DNA of 64,000 nucleotides from Deinococcus sp. (GTDB lineage Bacteria; Deinococcota; Deinococci; Deinococcales; Deinococcaceae), in contig NZ_JAGLBG010000003.1 in the NCBI RefSeq assembly GCF_018260405.1, positions 13,910-77,909 on the forward strand, written 5' to 3'. The position numbers were made by a program, and so were the translations under genes. Each line of letters opens with the position of its first letter. Position 1 is the stretch's first letter. Below the pieces are notes generated by a model, which made no database searches, had not been told where the DNA came from, and saw only the letters and a program-made list of their open reading frames with translations. Of this stretch, positions 9,519 to 21,367 are shown piece after piece.

Positions 9519-9529
9519 GCCTTAAGCCT

Positions 9530-9562
9530 GACCGCCCCGGCTACGTGTAGGCCGGGGCGGTC
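9530..9562 (+). terminator. GC-rich hairpin after the nuclease gene
   Basis: GACCGCCCCGGC ... GCCGGGGCGGTC, 12-bp stem, 12 nt after the stop; weak U-tract. Confidence 0.7.
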
Positions 9563-9918
9563 TACTCTACGAAAGCGCTGGGTTAGAGCCATGCACTTTA
9601 GTGCAAGCGTCGGTTAGAGCAGACTTGGCGACTCAACAAGCCGAAAACCCCCCTTTGACTCAGGCCCGGAAATTTTTGTTTAAAGCTTCCTGCGCCCCAG
9701 GTGACTGGGATGCGGAGGGCTGCGATCATTCCCACCCAATGAAAGAGGCACCGGACGTAAGGCGAGACCGACTTCAAACCGACTCCAAGTAACAGCTCTG
9801 GGCCCCAGCATAGAGGGTGCCAAAAGCCAGCGAAAATTTCCCCAAGCCAGACAGACGGGTAAAGACTACCAGGGCGCCACCGTGAAGGGACAACGTTGGG
9901 CAATCGGGCAGCATGCCC

Positions 9919-9967
9919 TTGCACAATCCAATCCGAGCCTGTAAACTATTTATAAGTAAACAGTTTA
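9919..9967 (+). promoter_or_regulatory. Sigma70-type promoter of the abm operon with an overlapping palindromic operator (probably MarR)
   Basis: TTGCAC-N17-TAAACT; imperfect 26-bp palindrome TAAACTATTTATAAGTAAACAGTTTA at 9942-9967. Confidence 0.6.
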
Positions 9968-10079
9968 GGAAACTACTCAGAGCGTAAATTTCGGCATAGA
10001 GCTGGTCGGCACTAGTTTTTTGTCTTGTTTATCGTGCTGGGTAGTTAAAGTTTAGAACTCAAGCTTTCTGGGGGATGGT

Positions 10080-12485
10080 ATGCCTGCATTAGCTCGACCC
10101 TTACGCACCCTGATTCTAGGCGGTGGTCCCGCTGGCCTTTATTTTGCCCTGCTGCTTAAGCTACGCGAGCCGGAAGCCGAAGTTATTCTGCTGGAGCGCA
10201 ACCGACCTGGCGACACCTTCGGGTGGGGCGTGGTATTCAGTGACCAGACCCTGGGCAACCTGATGGACGCCGACCCGGTGAGCGCGCATACCATCAACGC
10301 GGCGTTCAACCACTGGGACGATATCGAAATCCATTTCAGAGGTAGCACCATCCGCAGCGGTGGGCACGGCTTTATCGGAATCGGGCGCAAGAAATTGCTG
10401 AATATCTTGCAAGACCGCTGCCGCGAATTGGGCGTACAGCTGGTCTTTGAAACCCAGGTGCAGGACATCGAAGCGACCATTACGCACTATCAGCCCGACC
10501 TGGTCGTCGCGGCCGACGGCCTCAACAGTCAGGTGCGCAAATTGTATGAACAGACTTACCAGCCTGATATCGATGTAAGGAACAACCGCTTCGTGTGGCT
10601 GGGCACTCAGGCCGAGTACGACGCCTTTACTTTCGACTTTCAGCAGACCGAGCACGGCTGGTTTCAGGCGCACATCTATCAGTTCGACGACCAAACCAGC
10701 ACCTTTATCGTCGAGACGCCCGAGCAGGTCTGGCAGGCCGCTGGCCTAGACACCATGTCGCAAGCAGAAGGCATCGCTTACTGCGAACATCTCTTCAGGG
10801 ACGTGCTGCGAGGCCATAAACTAATTTCCAACGCCGCACACCTTCGGGGCAGCGCCATCTGGATTCAGTTTCCCCGCGTGATGACCAAGCAATGGGTACA
10901 CTGGGGCGAGTACGGGGGCAAACGCATTCCCGTGGTACTGATGGGCGACGCCGCGCACACCGCCCACTTTTCCATCGGCAGCGGCACCAAGCTTGCGCTG
11001 GAAGATGCTATCGCCCTTAACCGCTTTTTGCGGGAAAACGGCGACGCCTTAACTCCCGCATTAGGCGATTATACCGCCGAACGCAGCGTGGAAGTCCTGA
11101 AAATCCAGAACGCCGCCCGCAACAGCACCGAATGGTTCGAGAACGTGGCGCGGTATGCCTCCCTTCCCCCGGAGCAGTTTGCCTACAGTCTGCTGACGCG
11201 CTCGCAGCGCATTTCGCATGAGAACTTGCGCCAGCGTGACCCCGAGTATCTGGGCAGCGTGGAAAGCTGGCTGGCCAGGCAATCCGGACTGGAGGCCACA
11301 CCCCTTCCACCGATGCTGACGCCCTACAGTCTGCGCGGCGTGACACTGCCCAACCGCGTCGTGATGAGTCCGATGGCGGTTTATTCCGCGCATGACGGCC
11401 TGCCCAATGACTTTCACCTCGTTCATCTGGGGGCGCGGGCGCTAGGCGGTGCGGGACTGATTTTTACCGAGATGACCTGTGTCACGCCGCAGGGCCGTAT
11501 CACACCCGGTTGCCCCGGACTGTGGAACAACGAGCAGCGCGACGCCTGGAGGCGCGTCGTGGACTTTGTACACGGGCAGTCGGGGGCAAAAATCGCTATT
11601 CAGCTCGGCCACGCCGGGGCCAAAGGCAGTACCCGCCGCGCCTGGGACGGCACCGACCTGCCGCTGGAGGACCCACAGGAGCCCAACTGGCCGCTACTCT
11701 CGGCCAGCGAGCAGCAGTACCTGCCAGGAGTCAGCCAGACCTCGGGCGCCATGACCCACGAGGACATGCAGGCAGTCAAGCAGGCTTTCGTGGACGCCAC
11801 GCGCCGCGCCGCCGAGGCGGGCTTCGATTGGCTGGAACTGCACTGTGCCCACGGGTACTTGCTAAGCAGCTTTATTTCGCCGCTCACCAACCGACGCACT
11901 GACGAGTACGGCGGCACACTGGAAAATCGCCTGCGCTATCCACTGGAAGTCTTTGAAGCCGTCCGGGCAGTCTGGCCCGGCGAAAAACCGCTCAGTGTGC
12001 GCATCTCGGCCCACGACTGGGTCGAGGGGGGTATCACTCCCGACGACGCCGTCGAGATCGCCCGGGCCTTCAAGGCTGCTGGGGCCGACATGATCGACAC
12101 GTCCAGCGGACAGGTGAGCAAGCAGGAAAAACCCGTCTACGGGCGGATGTACCAGACGCCATTCGCCGACCGTGTCCGCAATGAGGCTGGAATACCGACC
12201 ATTGCTGTGGGCAACATCTTCGAAGCCGACCACGTCAACAGCATCATCACCTCGGGCCGCGCCGACCTGTGCGCCATCGCCCGTCCGCACCTGGCCGACC
12301 CCTTCTGGACGCTGCACGAAACCGCGAAGCTGGGCTATACCGGCCTGAACTGGCCCAAGCCCTATTACGCAGGCAAGGTGCAATTTGAGCGCAACCTGGA
12401 GCGCGAAAAGCAGATGGCCGCCGCGCAGGCCAGCAGCGAGGCGAGCCTGGCCCGCATGAAAGCGGAACTGGAGGGCGGCGCATGA
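10080..12485 (+). CDS. abmA: Bifunctional 2-aminobenzoyl-CoA (salicylyl-CoA) monooxygenase/reductase
   Basis: N-terminal [19 protein letters not shown] and [18 protein letters not shown]; C-terminal OYE-type domain [19 protein letters not shown]. Confidence 0.93.
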   Translation: MPALARPLRTLILGGGPAGLYFALLLKLREPEAEVILLERNRPGDTFGWGVVFSDQTLGNLMDADPVSAHTINAAFNHWDDIEIHFRGSTIRSGGHGFIGIGRKKLLNILQDRCRELGVQLVFETQVQDIEATITHYQPDLVVAADGLNSQVRKLYEQTYQPDIDVRNNRFVWLGTQAEYDAFTFDFQQTEHGWFQAHIYQFDDQTSTFIVETPEQVWQAAGLDTMSQAEGIAYCEHLFRDVLRGHKLISNAAHLRGSAIWIQFPRVMTKQWVHWGEYGGKRIPVVLMGDAAHTAHFSIGSGTKLALEDAIALNRFLRENGDALTPALGDYTAERSVEVLKIQNAARNSTEWFENVARYASLPPEQFAYSLLTRSQRISHENLRQRDPEYLGSVESWLARQSGLEATPLPPMLTPYSLRGVTLPNRVVMSPMAVYSAHDGLPNDFHLVHLGARALGGAGLIFTEMTCVTPQGRITPGCPGLWNNEQRDAWRRVVDFVHGQSGAKIAIQLGHAGAKGSTRRAWDGTDLPLEDPQEPNWPLLSASEQQYLPGVSQTSGAMTHEDMQAVKQAFVDATRRAAEAGFDWLELHCAHGYLLSSFISPLTNRRTDEYGGTLENRLRYPLEVFEAVRAVWPGEKPLSVRISAHDWVEGGITPDDAVEIARAFKAAGADMIDTSSGQVSKQEKPVYGRMYQTPFADRVRNEAGIPTIAVGNIFEADHVNSIITSGRADLCAIARPHLADPFWTLHETAKLGYTGLNWPKPYYAGKVQFERNLEREKQMAAAQASSEASLARMKAELEGGA

Positions 12486-13246
12486 CACTTGCAGGACAGC
12501 ACGCCGTGGTGACCGGCGGCGGTTCGGGCATCGGCGCGGCCATTGCCGGGTCACTGCACAGCGCGGGCGCCACCGTGACTCTGCTGGGGCGCAACGCCGG
12601 GCGGCTGGCGGCGCAGGCCCAACGCCTGCCTGGCAGTCATTATCAAACGGTGGACGTGATCTCGGAAGAAAGCGTTCGGCGGGCGTTTGAGGCGGCCAGG
12701 GCCAGCAGCGGCCCCATCTCTGTGCTAGTCAACAATGCCGGGCAGGCGGCCAGCGCCCCGGCCCTCGCGACCGATCTGAAGCTGTGGCAACAGATGCTGG
12801 ACGTGAACCTGACCGGCACGTGGCTGTGTACGCACGCCGCGCTCCCCGATCTGCTGGAGTACGGCGGACGCATCGTGAATATAGCGAGTACGGCAGGGCT
12901 GGTCGGCTACAGTTATGTCAGCGCGTACGTGGCTGCCAAGCATGGCGTGATCGGCCTAACCCGCGCCCTAGCGCTGGAACTGGCCACCAGAAACATTACC
13001 GTGAACGCCGTTTGCCCTGGCTACACCGAGACCGACCTGCTAGCGGGGGCCATCCAGAACATCACCCGGAAAACAGGGCGCAGTGAGGAAGAAGCCAGAG
13101 CAGAACTGGCAAAAAGCAATCCCCAACGCAGGCTGGTGCAGCCGCAGGAGGTCGCTGACGCCGTGCTGTGGCTGTGCAACCCGTCGGCGGGCAGCGTGAC
13201 CGGGCAGGCGATTGCCATAGCAGGCGGGGAGGTGATGGTCGGGTGA
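12482..13246 (+). CDS. SDR oxidoreductase (AbmB-like 3-hydroxyacyl-CoA dehydrogenase)
   Basis: [17 protein letters not shown]; ATGA overlap with abmA. Confidence 0.88.
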   Translation: MTLAGQHAVVTGGGSGIGAAIAGSLHSAGATVTLLGRNAGRLAAQAQRLPGSHYQTVDVISEESVRRAFEAARASSGPISVLVNNAGQAASAPALATDLKLWQQMLDVNLTGTWLCTHAALPDLLEYGGRIVNIASTAGLVGYSYVSAYVAAKHGVIGLTRALALELATRNITVNAVCPGYTETDLLAGAIQNITRKTGRSEEEARAELAKSNPQRRLVQPQEVADAVLWLCNPSAGSVTGQAIAIAGGEVMVG

Positions 13247-13722
13247 TAACGGACGTGCTGGATTTTGAAACGCGCCTGGCCCACGGCGACCATCAGGCCA
13301 TCAAACTGTGGCTGCGCTTGCTAACCACCACAACCCTAGTCGAGTCCGAACTTCGCACCCGGCTCAGCGCGACGTCCGACATCAGCCTGCCGCGTTTCGA
13401 CCTGCTCTCGCAGCTAGAACGCGAACCGGCGGGCCTGCGGATGAGCGAACTGAGCGCCCGCCTGATGGTCACCCGGGGCAATGTCACCGGGCTGGCCGAC
13501 CAACTGGAAAGCGAAGGACTGGTCGAGCGAACCAGTGGCCCCGATCGGCGCAGCGTGACCCTGAAACTGACCCCGCTGGGCCACGAACGCTTCGGCGAAA
13601 TTGCCGAGCAGCACGAGGGATGGGTCATCATGCTGCTCGGGGCACTGAGCCAGCCCGAGCAGGAACAACTCTCGGCGCTGCTGGGCAAACTGAAAGCACA
13701 CCTGAAGGCACGGAGGGCATAG
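13243..13722 (+). CDS. MarR-family transcriptional regulator
   Basis: LWLRLL..LPRFDLL.QL..GLRMSELS.RLMVT.GNVTG..L...GLVER..DRRS; GTG overlaps the upstream stop. Confidence 0.88.
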   Translation: MITDVLDFETRLAHGDHQAIKLWLRLLTTTTLVESELRTRLSATSDISLPRFDLLSQLEREPAGLRMSELSARLMVTRGNVTGLADQLESEGLVERTSGPDRRSVTLKLTPLGHERFGEIAEQHEGWVIMLLGALSQPEQEQLSALLGKLKAHLKARRA

Positions 13723-13725
13723 GGC

Positions 13726-14583
13726 ATGATGAATCCCCGCGAACTGAACAGACTCGAATTACCCGCCCACGGACAGTCCTTTGCCGCCTATGCCCCGCAA
13801 CATTTTCTGTGGGAGGTGCAGGGCGGGGTCGGCACCGTGACCCTGAACCGCCCCGAGCGCAAAAACCCGCTGACTTTTGAAAGTTACGCTGAGCTGCGCG
13901 ACCTGTTCCGCGCCCTGACCTACGCCAGCGACGTGAAAGTGGTGGTGATGCGCGGTGCGGGCGGCAATTTCTGCTCGGGCGGCGACGTCTTCGAGATTAT
14001 CGGCCCCCTGGTGCAGGCGGATATGCCCAGCCTGCTGAACTTTACCCGCATGACCGGCGACCTTGTGAAGGCCATGCGGCAATGTCCGCAGCCGATTGTC
14101 GCCGCTGTGGATGGGGTATGCGCCGGAGCAGGGGCGATTCTGGCCATGGCTGCGGACCTGCGGCTGGGCACGCCCGGCACCAGAACAGCCTTTTTGTTTA
14201 ACCGCGTGGGGCTGGCGGGCTGCGACATGGGGGCCTGCGCCATCCTGCCGCGCCTCATCGGACAGGGGCGGGCCAGCGAACTGCTGTTCCGGGGACGCAG
14301 CATGACCGCCGAGGAGGGCCTGAACTGGGGATTTTTCAACAAACTGCATGCCTCCGAGCAGCTATGCCAAGAAGCCCAGGCATTGGCCGCCGAAATCGCT
14401 TCTGGCCCGACCTTCGCGCACGCCATGACCAAAAAGATGCTGTGGCAGGAGTGGAATATGAGTCTCGACGAAGCCATCGAAGCCGAAGCCCAGGCGCAGG
14501 CAATCTGCATGATGACGGGCGACTATACGCGGGCCTATGAGGCTTTCGCTGCCAAACAGCGGCCTGTTTTCGAAGGAGACTGA
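13726..14583 (+). CDS. Enoyl-CoA hydratase/isomerase (AbmC-like)
   Basis: [42 protein letters not shown]. Confidence 0.9.
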   Translation: MMNPRELNRLELPAHGQSFAAYAPQHFLWEVQGGVGTVTLNRPERKNPLTFESYAELRDLFRALTYASDVKVVVMRGAGGNFCSGGDVFEIIGPLVQADMPSLLNFTRMTGDLVKAMRQCPQPIVAAVDGVCAGAGAILAMAADLRLGTPGTRTAFLFNRVGLAGCDMGACAILPRLIGQGRASELLFRGRSMTAEEGLNWGFFNKLHASEQLCQEAQALAAEIASGPTFAHAMTKKMLWQEWNMSLDEAIEAEAQAQAICMMTGDYTRAYEAFAAKQRPVFEGD

Positions 14584-14584
14584 A

Positions 14585-15763
14585 ATGATGACCTATCTGT
14601 CCTGGCCCTTTTTCGACGACGCTCACCGCGCCTTGGCCGCTGAGTTGCGCGGGTGGTGCGGCGCAAATCTGAACCATGTCGACCACCATGACACTGACAA
14701 CGCCTGCCGCGCGCTGGTCAGGGCCATAGGCGGCGCGGGCCTGCTGCGCTACTCGGTGGGGGGCACAGCCTACGGCGGCGAGTACGATGTGATCGACACC
14801 CGCTCGATCTGTCTAGTGCGCGAGACGATGGCAGAATTCGACGGGCTGGCCGACTTCGTGTGCGCCATGCAGGGCCTTGGCAGCGGTGCGATCACCCTGG
14901 CAGGTACCCCTGCACAGCAGGAAAAGTACCTGAAGGGTGTGGCGCGGGGCGAGAAGATCGCTGCCTTTGCGCTGACTGAACCGGACAGCGGCTCGGATGT
15001 GGCCGCCATGCGGCTTGAGGCGCGGCGCGAGAGCGACGATTACGTGCTGAACGGGCAGAAGACCTGGATCAGCAACGGCGGAATCGCAGACTTCTACGTG
15101 GTGTTTGCCCGCACGGGCGAGGGGACTGGATCGCGCGGCATCAGCGCTTTTGTGGTGGACTCAGGTACCCCCGGTCTGGACGACAGCAAGCGGCTGGAAG
15201 TCATCGCGCCGCATCCGCTCGCTACGTTGACCTTTAAGGACTGCCGGATTCCGGCCTCGGCTCTGCTGGGCGACCCCGCAGAGGGGTTTAAGCTGGCGAT
15301 GAGAACGCTGGACATCTTCCGCACTTCGGTGGCCGCCGCTGCCCTGGGCATGGCCCGCCGCGCCCTGCGTGAAGCCGTAGAGCGTACCCAGAGCCGCCAG
15401 ATGTTCGGCACCACGCTCTCGGCGCAGCCACTGGCGCAGGCGATGCTGGCCGACATGGCGACGATGGTCGACCGCAGCGCCCTGCTAACCTACCGCGCCG
15501 CGTGGCAAAGAGATCAGGGAGAAAACGTGACCTGTGAGGCCGCCATGGCCAAAATGACGGCCACCGAGGACGCCCAACAGGTGATCGACATGGCGGTGCA
15601 GCTGTTCGGCGGGGCAGGCGTGCAGGTCGGCGGGATCACCGAGAGCCTGTACCGCGAAATCCGGGCGCTGCGAATCTATGAGGGAGCCACCGAGGTCCAG
15701 AAACTGATTATCGCCCGTGAGGTTCTTAAAGATGGAAGGCCCAGGGAAGCCTTGCCCCTATGA
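14585..15763 (+). CDS. Acyl-CoA dehydrogenase (AbmD-like)
   Basis: [34 protein letters not shown]; RBS AAGGAG. Confidence 0.9.
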   Translation: MMTYLSWPFFDDAHRALAAELRGWCGANLNHVDHHDTDNACRALVRAIGGAGLLRYSVGGTAYGGEYDVIDTRSICLVRETMAEFDGLADFVCAMQGLGSGAITLAGTPAQQEKYLKGVARGEKIAAFALTEPDSGSDVAAMRLEARRESDDYVLNGQKTWISNGGIADFYVVFARTGEGTGSRGISAFVVDSGTPGLDDSKRLEVIAPHPLATLTFKDCRIPASALLGDPAEGFKLAMRTLDIFRTSVAAAALGMARRALREAVERTQSRQMFGTTLSAQPLAQAMLADMATMVDRSALLTYRAAWQRDQGENVTCEAAMAKMTATEDAQQVIDMAVQLFGGAGVQVGGITESLYREIRALRIYEGATEVQKLIIAREVLKDGRPREALPL

Positions 15764-17376
15764 AGCTGCATCCGAGCGCCCACACCGACACGTTTTGCCG
15801 GGAACACCTGCCGCCCGCAGAACAGTGGCCGGAACTGATCTTCGAGTTGCCTGAACTTCAGTTTCCGCCTGTGCTGAACGCCGCCGCCGAGCTGCTGAAG
15901 CTGGCGCAGACGCACCCCGATAAACCCGCGCTGCTGGCCGACGGACAGTGCTGGACCTACCGCGAACTGGACGTGCGCTCTAACCAGCTGGCCCACGTCC
16001 TGCGCGACGAGATGGACTTGCAACCCGGCAACCGCGTGCTGCTGCATGGCCCCAATACGCCGATGCTGGCCGCGCTGTGGTTCGCCGTTCTCAAGGCGGG
16101 GGGCGTGGTGGTCTCGACTATGCCGCTGCTACGGGGACCCGAGCTGGCGAAGGTCATCAGCAAGGCCAGAATCTCACACGCCCTCAGCGACGTGAGCTGC
16201 CGCGCCGCTGTCCACGACGCGATGGACAGCACCAATACCCTGCGTCACATCTACGGCTTCAAACGTGACGGGGGCCTGCTTCTGGAACTGGCCCGCACCA
16301 GGCCGGAAACCTTCGAGTTCGTCCCCACCGCTTCCGATGACGTGGCGCTGATCGCCTTCACGTCGGGCACCACCGGGCAGCCTAAGGGGTGCCTGCACTT
16401 TCACCGCGACCTTCTGGCGATATGCGACACCTTTGCTAAATATGTCCTGAAAGCTATGCCAGACGATATTTTTATCGGCAGCCCGCCGTTCGCGTTCACC
16501 TTCGGCCTAGGGGTGTCGCTGCTGTTTCCGCTGCGTATCGGGGCAACCACTGTGCTGCTGGAAAACGGTTCACCGCCTGGGCTGGCGGCCTCCATTTCGG
16601 CTTTCGGCGCCACCGTCTGTGCCACCGCGCCCACCAGTTACCGCATGATGGCGGCCCTGGACGATCTGGAAGGTCTTAAGACCCTGCGTAAATGTATCTC
16701 GGCAGGCGAGGCATTGCCCGCGGCCACACGGGAACTCTGGCGCGAGAAGACTGGAATCGAACTGATCGACGGCATTGGCTCGACCGAGATGCTGCACGTG
16801 TTTATCAGCGCCGACGAACATGAGGCAAGGCCCGGATGCACGGGCAAGGCTGTTCCCGGTATCCGCGCCTGCGTGATGGACGAGCAGGGGAGGGCGCTGC
16901 CCCCTGGTCAGGCCGGTCGGCTCGCCGTGAAAGGGCCGGTAGGCTGCCGTTACCTAGACGATGAGCGCCAACAGGTCTATGTGCAGCACGGCTGGAATAT
17001 CACGGGTGATATCTACAGCATGACCGCAGACGGCTATTTCGAGTACCAGGCCCGCGGCGACGATATGATCGTATCGAGTGGATACAACATCGCCGCGCCG
17101 GAAGTCGAGGGAGCGCTGCTGTGTCATCCCGCTGTGGCCGAGTGCGCCGTAGTGGGTCTACCAGACGAACTACGTGGGCAACTGGTGAGCGCCTTCGTAG
17201 TGCTGGCCCCCGACTATTCCCCCAGCGATCTGTTGAAAAAAGAATTGCAGTCCTTTATCAAGGACGAGATCGCGCCCTACAAGTATCCGCGCCGCATCGA
17301 ATTTCTGGACGCTCTGCCCAAAACGGCGACGGGCAAATTACAAAGGTTTCAGTTGCGGCAGGAGGGGATGGAATGA
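15760..17376 (+). CDS. abmG: 2-aminobenzoate (anthranilate)--CoA ligase
   Basis: SAHTDTF..HLPP..WP N-terminus; [37 protein letters not shown]. Confidence 0.88.
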   Translation: MKLHPSAHTDTFCREHLPPAEQWPELIFELPELQFPPVLNAAAELLKLAQTHPDKPALLADGQCWTYRELDVRSNQLAHVLRDEMDLQPGNRVLLHGPNTPMLAALWFAVLKAGGVVVSTMPLLRGPELAKVISKARISHALSDVSCRAAVHDAMDSTNTLRHIYGFKRDGGLLLELARTRPETFEFVPTASDDVALIAFTSGTTGQPKGCLHFHRDLLAICDTFAKYVLKAMPDDIFIGSPPFAFTFGLGVSLLFPLRIGATTVLLENGSPPGLAASISAFGATVCATAPTSYRMMAALDDLEGLKTLRKCISAGEALPAATRELWREKTGIELIDGIGSTEMLHVFISADEHEARPGCTGKAVPGIRACVMDEQGRALPPGQAGRLAVKGPVGCRYLDDERQQVYVQHGWNITGDIYSMTADGYFEYQARGDDMIVSSGYNIAAPEVEGALLCHPAVAECAVVGLPDELRGQLVSAFVVLAPDYSPSDLLKKELQSFIKDEIAPYKYPRRIEFLDALPKTATGKLQRFQLRQEGME

Positions 17377-17409
17377 TGAACTGCCTTCAAATTCCACTTA
17401 GCGGCGTAA

Positions 17410-17535
17410 GACCTCTCAGTCAGCGAAGGTGACAGCTCCCCTTAAAAGGAAGCTATGCAGCGAACGAAACGCGAAAAACGACACCCAACAAATCTTCCCT
17501 TCTAAGGGGAGTAGCCCCGGAGAGGCGAAGGGGTC
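17410..17535. repeat. REP/MITE-like palindromic intergenic element
   Basis: CTCAGTCAGC..TGACAGCTCCCCTT and the complementary AAGGGGAG..GAAGGGG; related CCCCT/GGGGAG-rich remnants at 1-25, 22355-22400 and 23400-23460. Confidence 0.45.
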
Positions 17536-17576
17536 AAACGGGTAAAAGCAAGCCACTCAACAGAAAGGAGAGCGGT

Positions 17577-18851
17577 ATGCGAAAAATAGCAATCGTTGGT
17601 GCTGGACAGGCGGGGTTACAACTCGCGCATGGGCTGTTGCAACACGGGTACGCGGTGACACTCGTATCCGACCGCTCAGCAGAGGAGTACGAAAACGGGC
17701 GCGTGATGAGTACGCAGTGCATCTTTCATGACGGGCTGGAGACCGAGCGCAAGTTGAGCCTGAATTACTGGGATGGCAAGGGCGCTTCGGTGGAGGCGTT
17801 TTATGTGAATGTGGCGCATCCCGGCATTCCGGGTGAGCGGATGATTCAGTTTTCTGCCCTGCTGGAAGCTCCGGCACACGCGGTAGACCAGCGTATGAAG
17901 TTTGCCGAGTGGCTGCGGGCCTTCACGAAAGCGGGCGGCACAGTGCTTCAGCAGTCCGCCACACTGGATACGCTAGAGGAATTAGCCGACACGCACGATT
18001 TAACGCTACTGTCCGCAGGCAAGGGCAAACTGGCCCACTTGTTCCAGAAAAACCCGGAGCGCACCCCTTATGACGCGCCGCAGCGTCAATGTAGCCTCGT
18101 TTACATCAAGGGCGCAGCCAAGCGCGACGGTCAACCGGGCGTGTCGGCCAATTTGGTGCCGGGGGCGGGCGAAATCTTCATCATTCCCGGCCTGACGCGG
18201 GACGCCAACGGTGAACCCTTGCCCTACGAGTCTGTGCTGTTTGAAGCCGTTCCTGGCGGCCCACTAGACCGTTTCCGCAACGTGAAAGACCCCGAGGAAC
18301 TCAAGCAAAATTTGATGGACGCCGTGCGTGAATTCATTCCTTGGGAAGCAGACCGCCTGAAGGACGCCAAACTGGTGGACCCGCAAGCGTGGCTGCAAGG
18401 CGGCGTGACACCCGAAGTGCGCCACCCCGTCGCCACGCTCGCCAACGGACGCGAAATTATGGGGCTGGGCGACACCGTCATCCTGAATGACCCGATCACT
18501 GGTCAAGGCTCTGGTACGGCAGCGAAGGCCGCAGACCACTACCTGACGCGCATTCTGGAACGCGGCGAACAACCTTTTGACCGCGCTTGGATGGAACAAA
18601 CCTTCGAGGACTTCTATCAGGATTACGCGCAATTTACCTGCATGTGGACGAATGCCATGCTCGCCCCACCGCCCGAACACGTCTTGAACTTCCTAGGTGC
18701 AGCGCAAAGCGTCCCCAGCCTTGCTGCTCTCTTCGCTAACTCGTTTAACCGCCCTAAGAACCTGTTCCCTTGGTTAGGCGATCCCAACGCCGCCAAGGAA
18801 CTGATTGCCCAGCACACGGCGAAAGTGGCGGCAACGGCGCAAAAGCTGTAA
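17577..18851 (+). CDS. Styrene/indole monooxygenase-family flavoprotein (StyA/IifC-like oxygenase subunit)
   Basis: IAIVGAGQAGLQLA, GRVMSTQC, AVDQR, AGKG, GDTVILNDPITGQGS. Confidence 0.85.
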   Translation: MRKIAIVGAGQAGLQLAHGLLQHGYAVTLVSDRSAEEYENGRVMSTQCIFHDGLETERKLSLNYWDGKGASVEAFYVNVAHPGIPGERMIQFSALLEAPAHAVDQRMKFAEWLRAFTKAGGTVLQQSATLDTLEELADTHDLTLLSAGKGKLAHLFQKNPERTPYDAPQRQCSLVYIKGAAKRDGQPGVSANLVPGAGEIFIIPGLTRDANGEPLPYESVLFEAVPGGPLDRFRNVKDPEELKQNLMDAVREFIPWEADRLKDAKLVDPQAWLQGGVTPEVRHPVATLANGREIMGLGDTVILNDPITGQGSGTAAKAADHYLTRILERGEQPFDRAWMEQTFEDFYQDYAQFTCMWTNAMLAPPPEHVLNFLGAAQSVPSLAALFANSFNRPKNLFPWLGDPNAAKELIAQHTAKVAATAQKL

Positions 18852-18937
18852 GCCATGAGGAACAACCAAGCTCACGCTTATGCTTAGGCCCCCCAGACCT
18901 CATAGCCCATGTTTCATAGCCAAAAAAGGAGACCAAC

Positions 18938-19393
18938 ATGACAGATTTACCCGCAGGCATTACCAAGGCAGGCACCAGCACTACGGGCAGCGAGTGGCGC
19001 ATTCTGGGCCACACCTACCACCTGAAATCCGAGTGCGACAGCAGTTTCAGCTTTGAAACCTATGACCCCGCCGGAACCTTCGTGCCGCCCCACATTCACA
19101 CCACCCAAGACGAGTTTATTTATGTGCTAGAAGGCCGTTTTGACCTGTACCTAGATGGGAACTGGGCGCACGCCGAACCCGGTGATCTTGTGCGTATGCC
19201 CAGAGGATTGGCGCACGGCTACTACAACAAGACCGATAAACCTGCCCGCGCCCTGTTCTGGGTTAGCCCCGCTGGAAACCTCAAGGCCCTATTCGACCAG
19301 TTGCACGACCTGGCCGACCCTGACGAAGTAGCGAAGCGAAGCGCCGCCCACGACGTTAATTTCTTGCCTCCCGGCGCAGTAGAAGGCGCATAA
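18938..19393 (+). CDS. Cupin-domain protein
   Basis: FVPPHIHTTQDEFIYVLEG..PGDLVRMPRGLAHGY; RBS AGGAG. Confidence 0.88.
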   Translation: MTDLPAGITKAGTSTTGSEWRILGHTYHLKSECDSSFSFETYDPAGTFVPPHIHTTQDEFIYVLEGRFDLYLDGNWAHAEPGDLVRMPRGLAHGYYNKTDKPARALFWVSPAGNLKALFDQLHDLADPDEVAKRSAAHDVNFLPPGAVEGA

Positions 19394-19533
19394 GGATTTA
19401 GCTGTGAGCCATAAGAAAGGGTGAAAGTCGTGTGGCCAGCCTCGAAAGACATTCCCCCACCTCTTGCAGCCCATAGCTCACAGCCCCAAAACGAGATGAA
19501 AGTATTTCCCCCCACCACATTTAAGGAGTTGGC

Positions 19534-19944
19534 ATGACTGCTGTTTCTTCGTTTCAGGTTCTTCATCCGCCCGACTGGGCTAGAGCTAGAGGGTTCGCTA
19601 ATGGAATTGCCGCGAAGGGCACGTTGGTTTTTACGGCGGGAATGATCGGTTGGAATGCCCAACAGCAGTTTGAAACTGATGATTTTGTATTACAAACGCG
19701 CCAAGCCCTACAAAACGTGTTGGACGTGGTGAGGGAAGCGGGCGGCGACGCCAGCCACATCGTGCGCCTGACGTGGTTCATCACAGATCGGGAAGCGTAT
19801 TTGAGCCACCAGAAGGAAATCGGGGCCGCTTACCGCGAGGTAATGGGACGCAATTTTCCCACCATGAGCGTGATTGCCGTGTCGGCACTGATGGAAGGCC
19901 GCGCCAAGATCGAGATTGAAGGTACCGCCGTCATCCCCGATTAA
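19534..19944 (+). CDS. RidA/YjgF-family enamine deaminase
   Basis: PPDWARARGFANG, GMIGW, FPTMS..V.ALME..AKIEIE. Confidence 0.88.
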   Translation: MTAVSSFQVLHPPDWARARGFANGIAAKGTLVFTAGMIGWNAQQQFETDDFVLQTRQALQNVLDVVREAGGDASHIVRLTWFITDREAYLSHQKEIGAAYREVMGRNFPTMSVIAVSALMEGRAKIEIEGTAVIPD

Positions 19945-19983
19945 ACAGCCTGACTAAGTACCCCACTCCAAAGGAGAATCCAG

Positions 19984-21147
19984 ATGCATAATTTCATGAA
20001 ATTAGCCGCCCTGACCGTCCTTCTTTCGGCTTCGGCCCTCGCGCAAAATGCCGTGAAAGTCGGCTTTGTCAGCACCCTCTCCGGCCCCGGCTCTGGCTTA
20101 GGCGTGGATGCCCGCGACGGGTTTAACCTCGCGCTTAAGCACCTTGGGAACAAACTTGGCGGCTTGCCCGTGGAAATCAGCTTCAGCGACGACAAGCAGG
20201 ATGCCGACACCGCCCGCCAAGCGGTAGATAAGGCCATTAAGCGCGACAAGGTGGACTTCCTGACCGGGATCATCTTCAGTAACTTGCTGCTGGCCGTTGG
20301 AGACACAGTTTTTGACAGCAAAACGCCGTACATCAGCCTGAACGCTGGCCCCAGCCAGTACGCGGGAAGCGGGTGCAATGCGTACTTTTACAACGTAGCG
20401 TGGCAAAACGACAACTTGCACGAAGCGATGGGTAAATATGTCAACAGCCGCAAATTTAGCGACGTGTACATCCTCGCACCGAATTATCCCGCTGGGAAAG
20501 ACGCCCTGACTGGCTTTAAGCGCTTCTTCAAGGGCAAAATTACGGCCGAAGTGTACACCAAAGTCAACCAACTGGACTTTGCCGCCGAAATCGCGCAGAT
20601 TCGCGCCGCTCGTCCCAAGGCCGTGTACACCTTCCAACCCGGCGGGAGCGGCATCAACTTTATTAAGCAGTACGCCGAAGCGGGGCTACTCAAGGAAATC
20701 CCCCTCTTCCTACCCGGTTTCAGCGCCGACGCGGACGTGATTAAAGCCGTTGGCCCCAACATGGTCGGCATTTTCAACACGAGCCAGTGGGCTATGGAGC
20801 TGAGCAACCCCACCAACGCCAAATTTGTGGCCGACTTCAAAGCCACTTACGGGCGCAATCCCAGCCTGTACGCCGCGCAAGGCTACGACGCCGCGCTGCT
20901 CATGAGCGAAGCCGTCAAGGATGTGAAAGGCAACCTGAGCGACGGCGCGGCCCTGCGAAAAGCGCTAGAGAACACCAGTTTTATCAGCACGCACGGCGCG
21001 TTTAAGTTCAACAAAAACCACTACCCGGTTCAGGACATTTACCTGCGCCAAGTCGCCAAAGTCGGCGGCAGCATTCAAAACCGCCTCGTCGGCAAGGTGT
21101 TTAGTAACCACGAAGACGCCTACGCCAAGGACCGCAAGATGAAGTAG
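19984..21147 (+). CDS. ABC transporter substrate-binding protein (LivK-like, aromatic-acid type)
   Basis: Signal peptide; VKVGFVSTLSGP..G.D.RDGF.LA..KLGG; APNYPAGKD. Confidence 0.9.
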   Translation: MHNFMKLAALTVLLSASALAQNAVKVGFVSTLSGPGSGLGVDARDGFNLALKHLGNKLGGLPVEISFSDDKQDADTARQAVDKAIKRDKVDFLTGIIFSNLLLAVGDTVFDSKTPYISLNAGPSQYAGSGCNAYFYNVAWQNDNLHEAMGKYVNSRKFSDVYILAPNYPAGKDALTGFKRFFKGKITAEVYTKVNQLDFAAEIAQIRAARPKAVYTFQPGGSGINFIKQYAEAGLLKEIPLFLPGFSADADVIKAVGPNMVGIFNTSQWAMELSNPTNAKFVADFKATYGRNPSLYAAQGYDAALLMSEAVKDVKGNLSDGAALRKALENTSFISTHGAFKFNKNHYPVQDIYLRQVAKVGGSIQNRLVGKVFSNHEDAYAKDRKMK

Positions 21148-21367
21148 GCCGCTGGGGCGGCGTCTAACGGCTAGGTACCACCAAGTTTGCGTAAAGACCA
21201 ACCGAGCGAAGCCAGTATGGGAAAAGGTGCGGCCCAGTGTGAGTGTAGGGCCAGTGTGAGTGTAGGGATAGGCTGGTGTTTGGGTTATCCCTACACGGTC
21301 ACTTAGCCGCACTTAGAGCCGCCCATCACTCAATCCAGCCCTCTCAGCGCAGGAGAAATCATCCTTC

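Noticed and set aside
9590-9900. Lower-GC intergenic stretch as an ncRNA, riboswitch or small gene
   Set aside because: No recognisable structure, RBS or protein motif
21234-21267. 17-bp tandem duplication; also the 19-bp tandem at 40205-40242 and CTATGGT repeats near 22295
   Set aside because: Two or three adjacent copies without spacers, so slippage repeats rather than a CRISPR array; no cas genes seen
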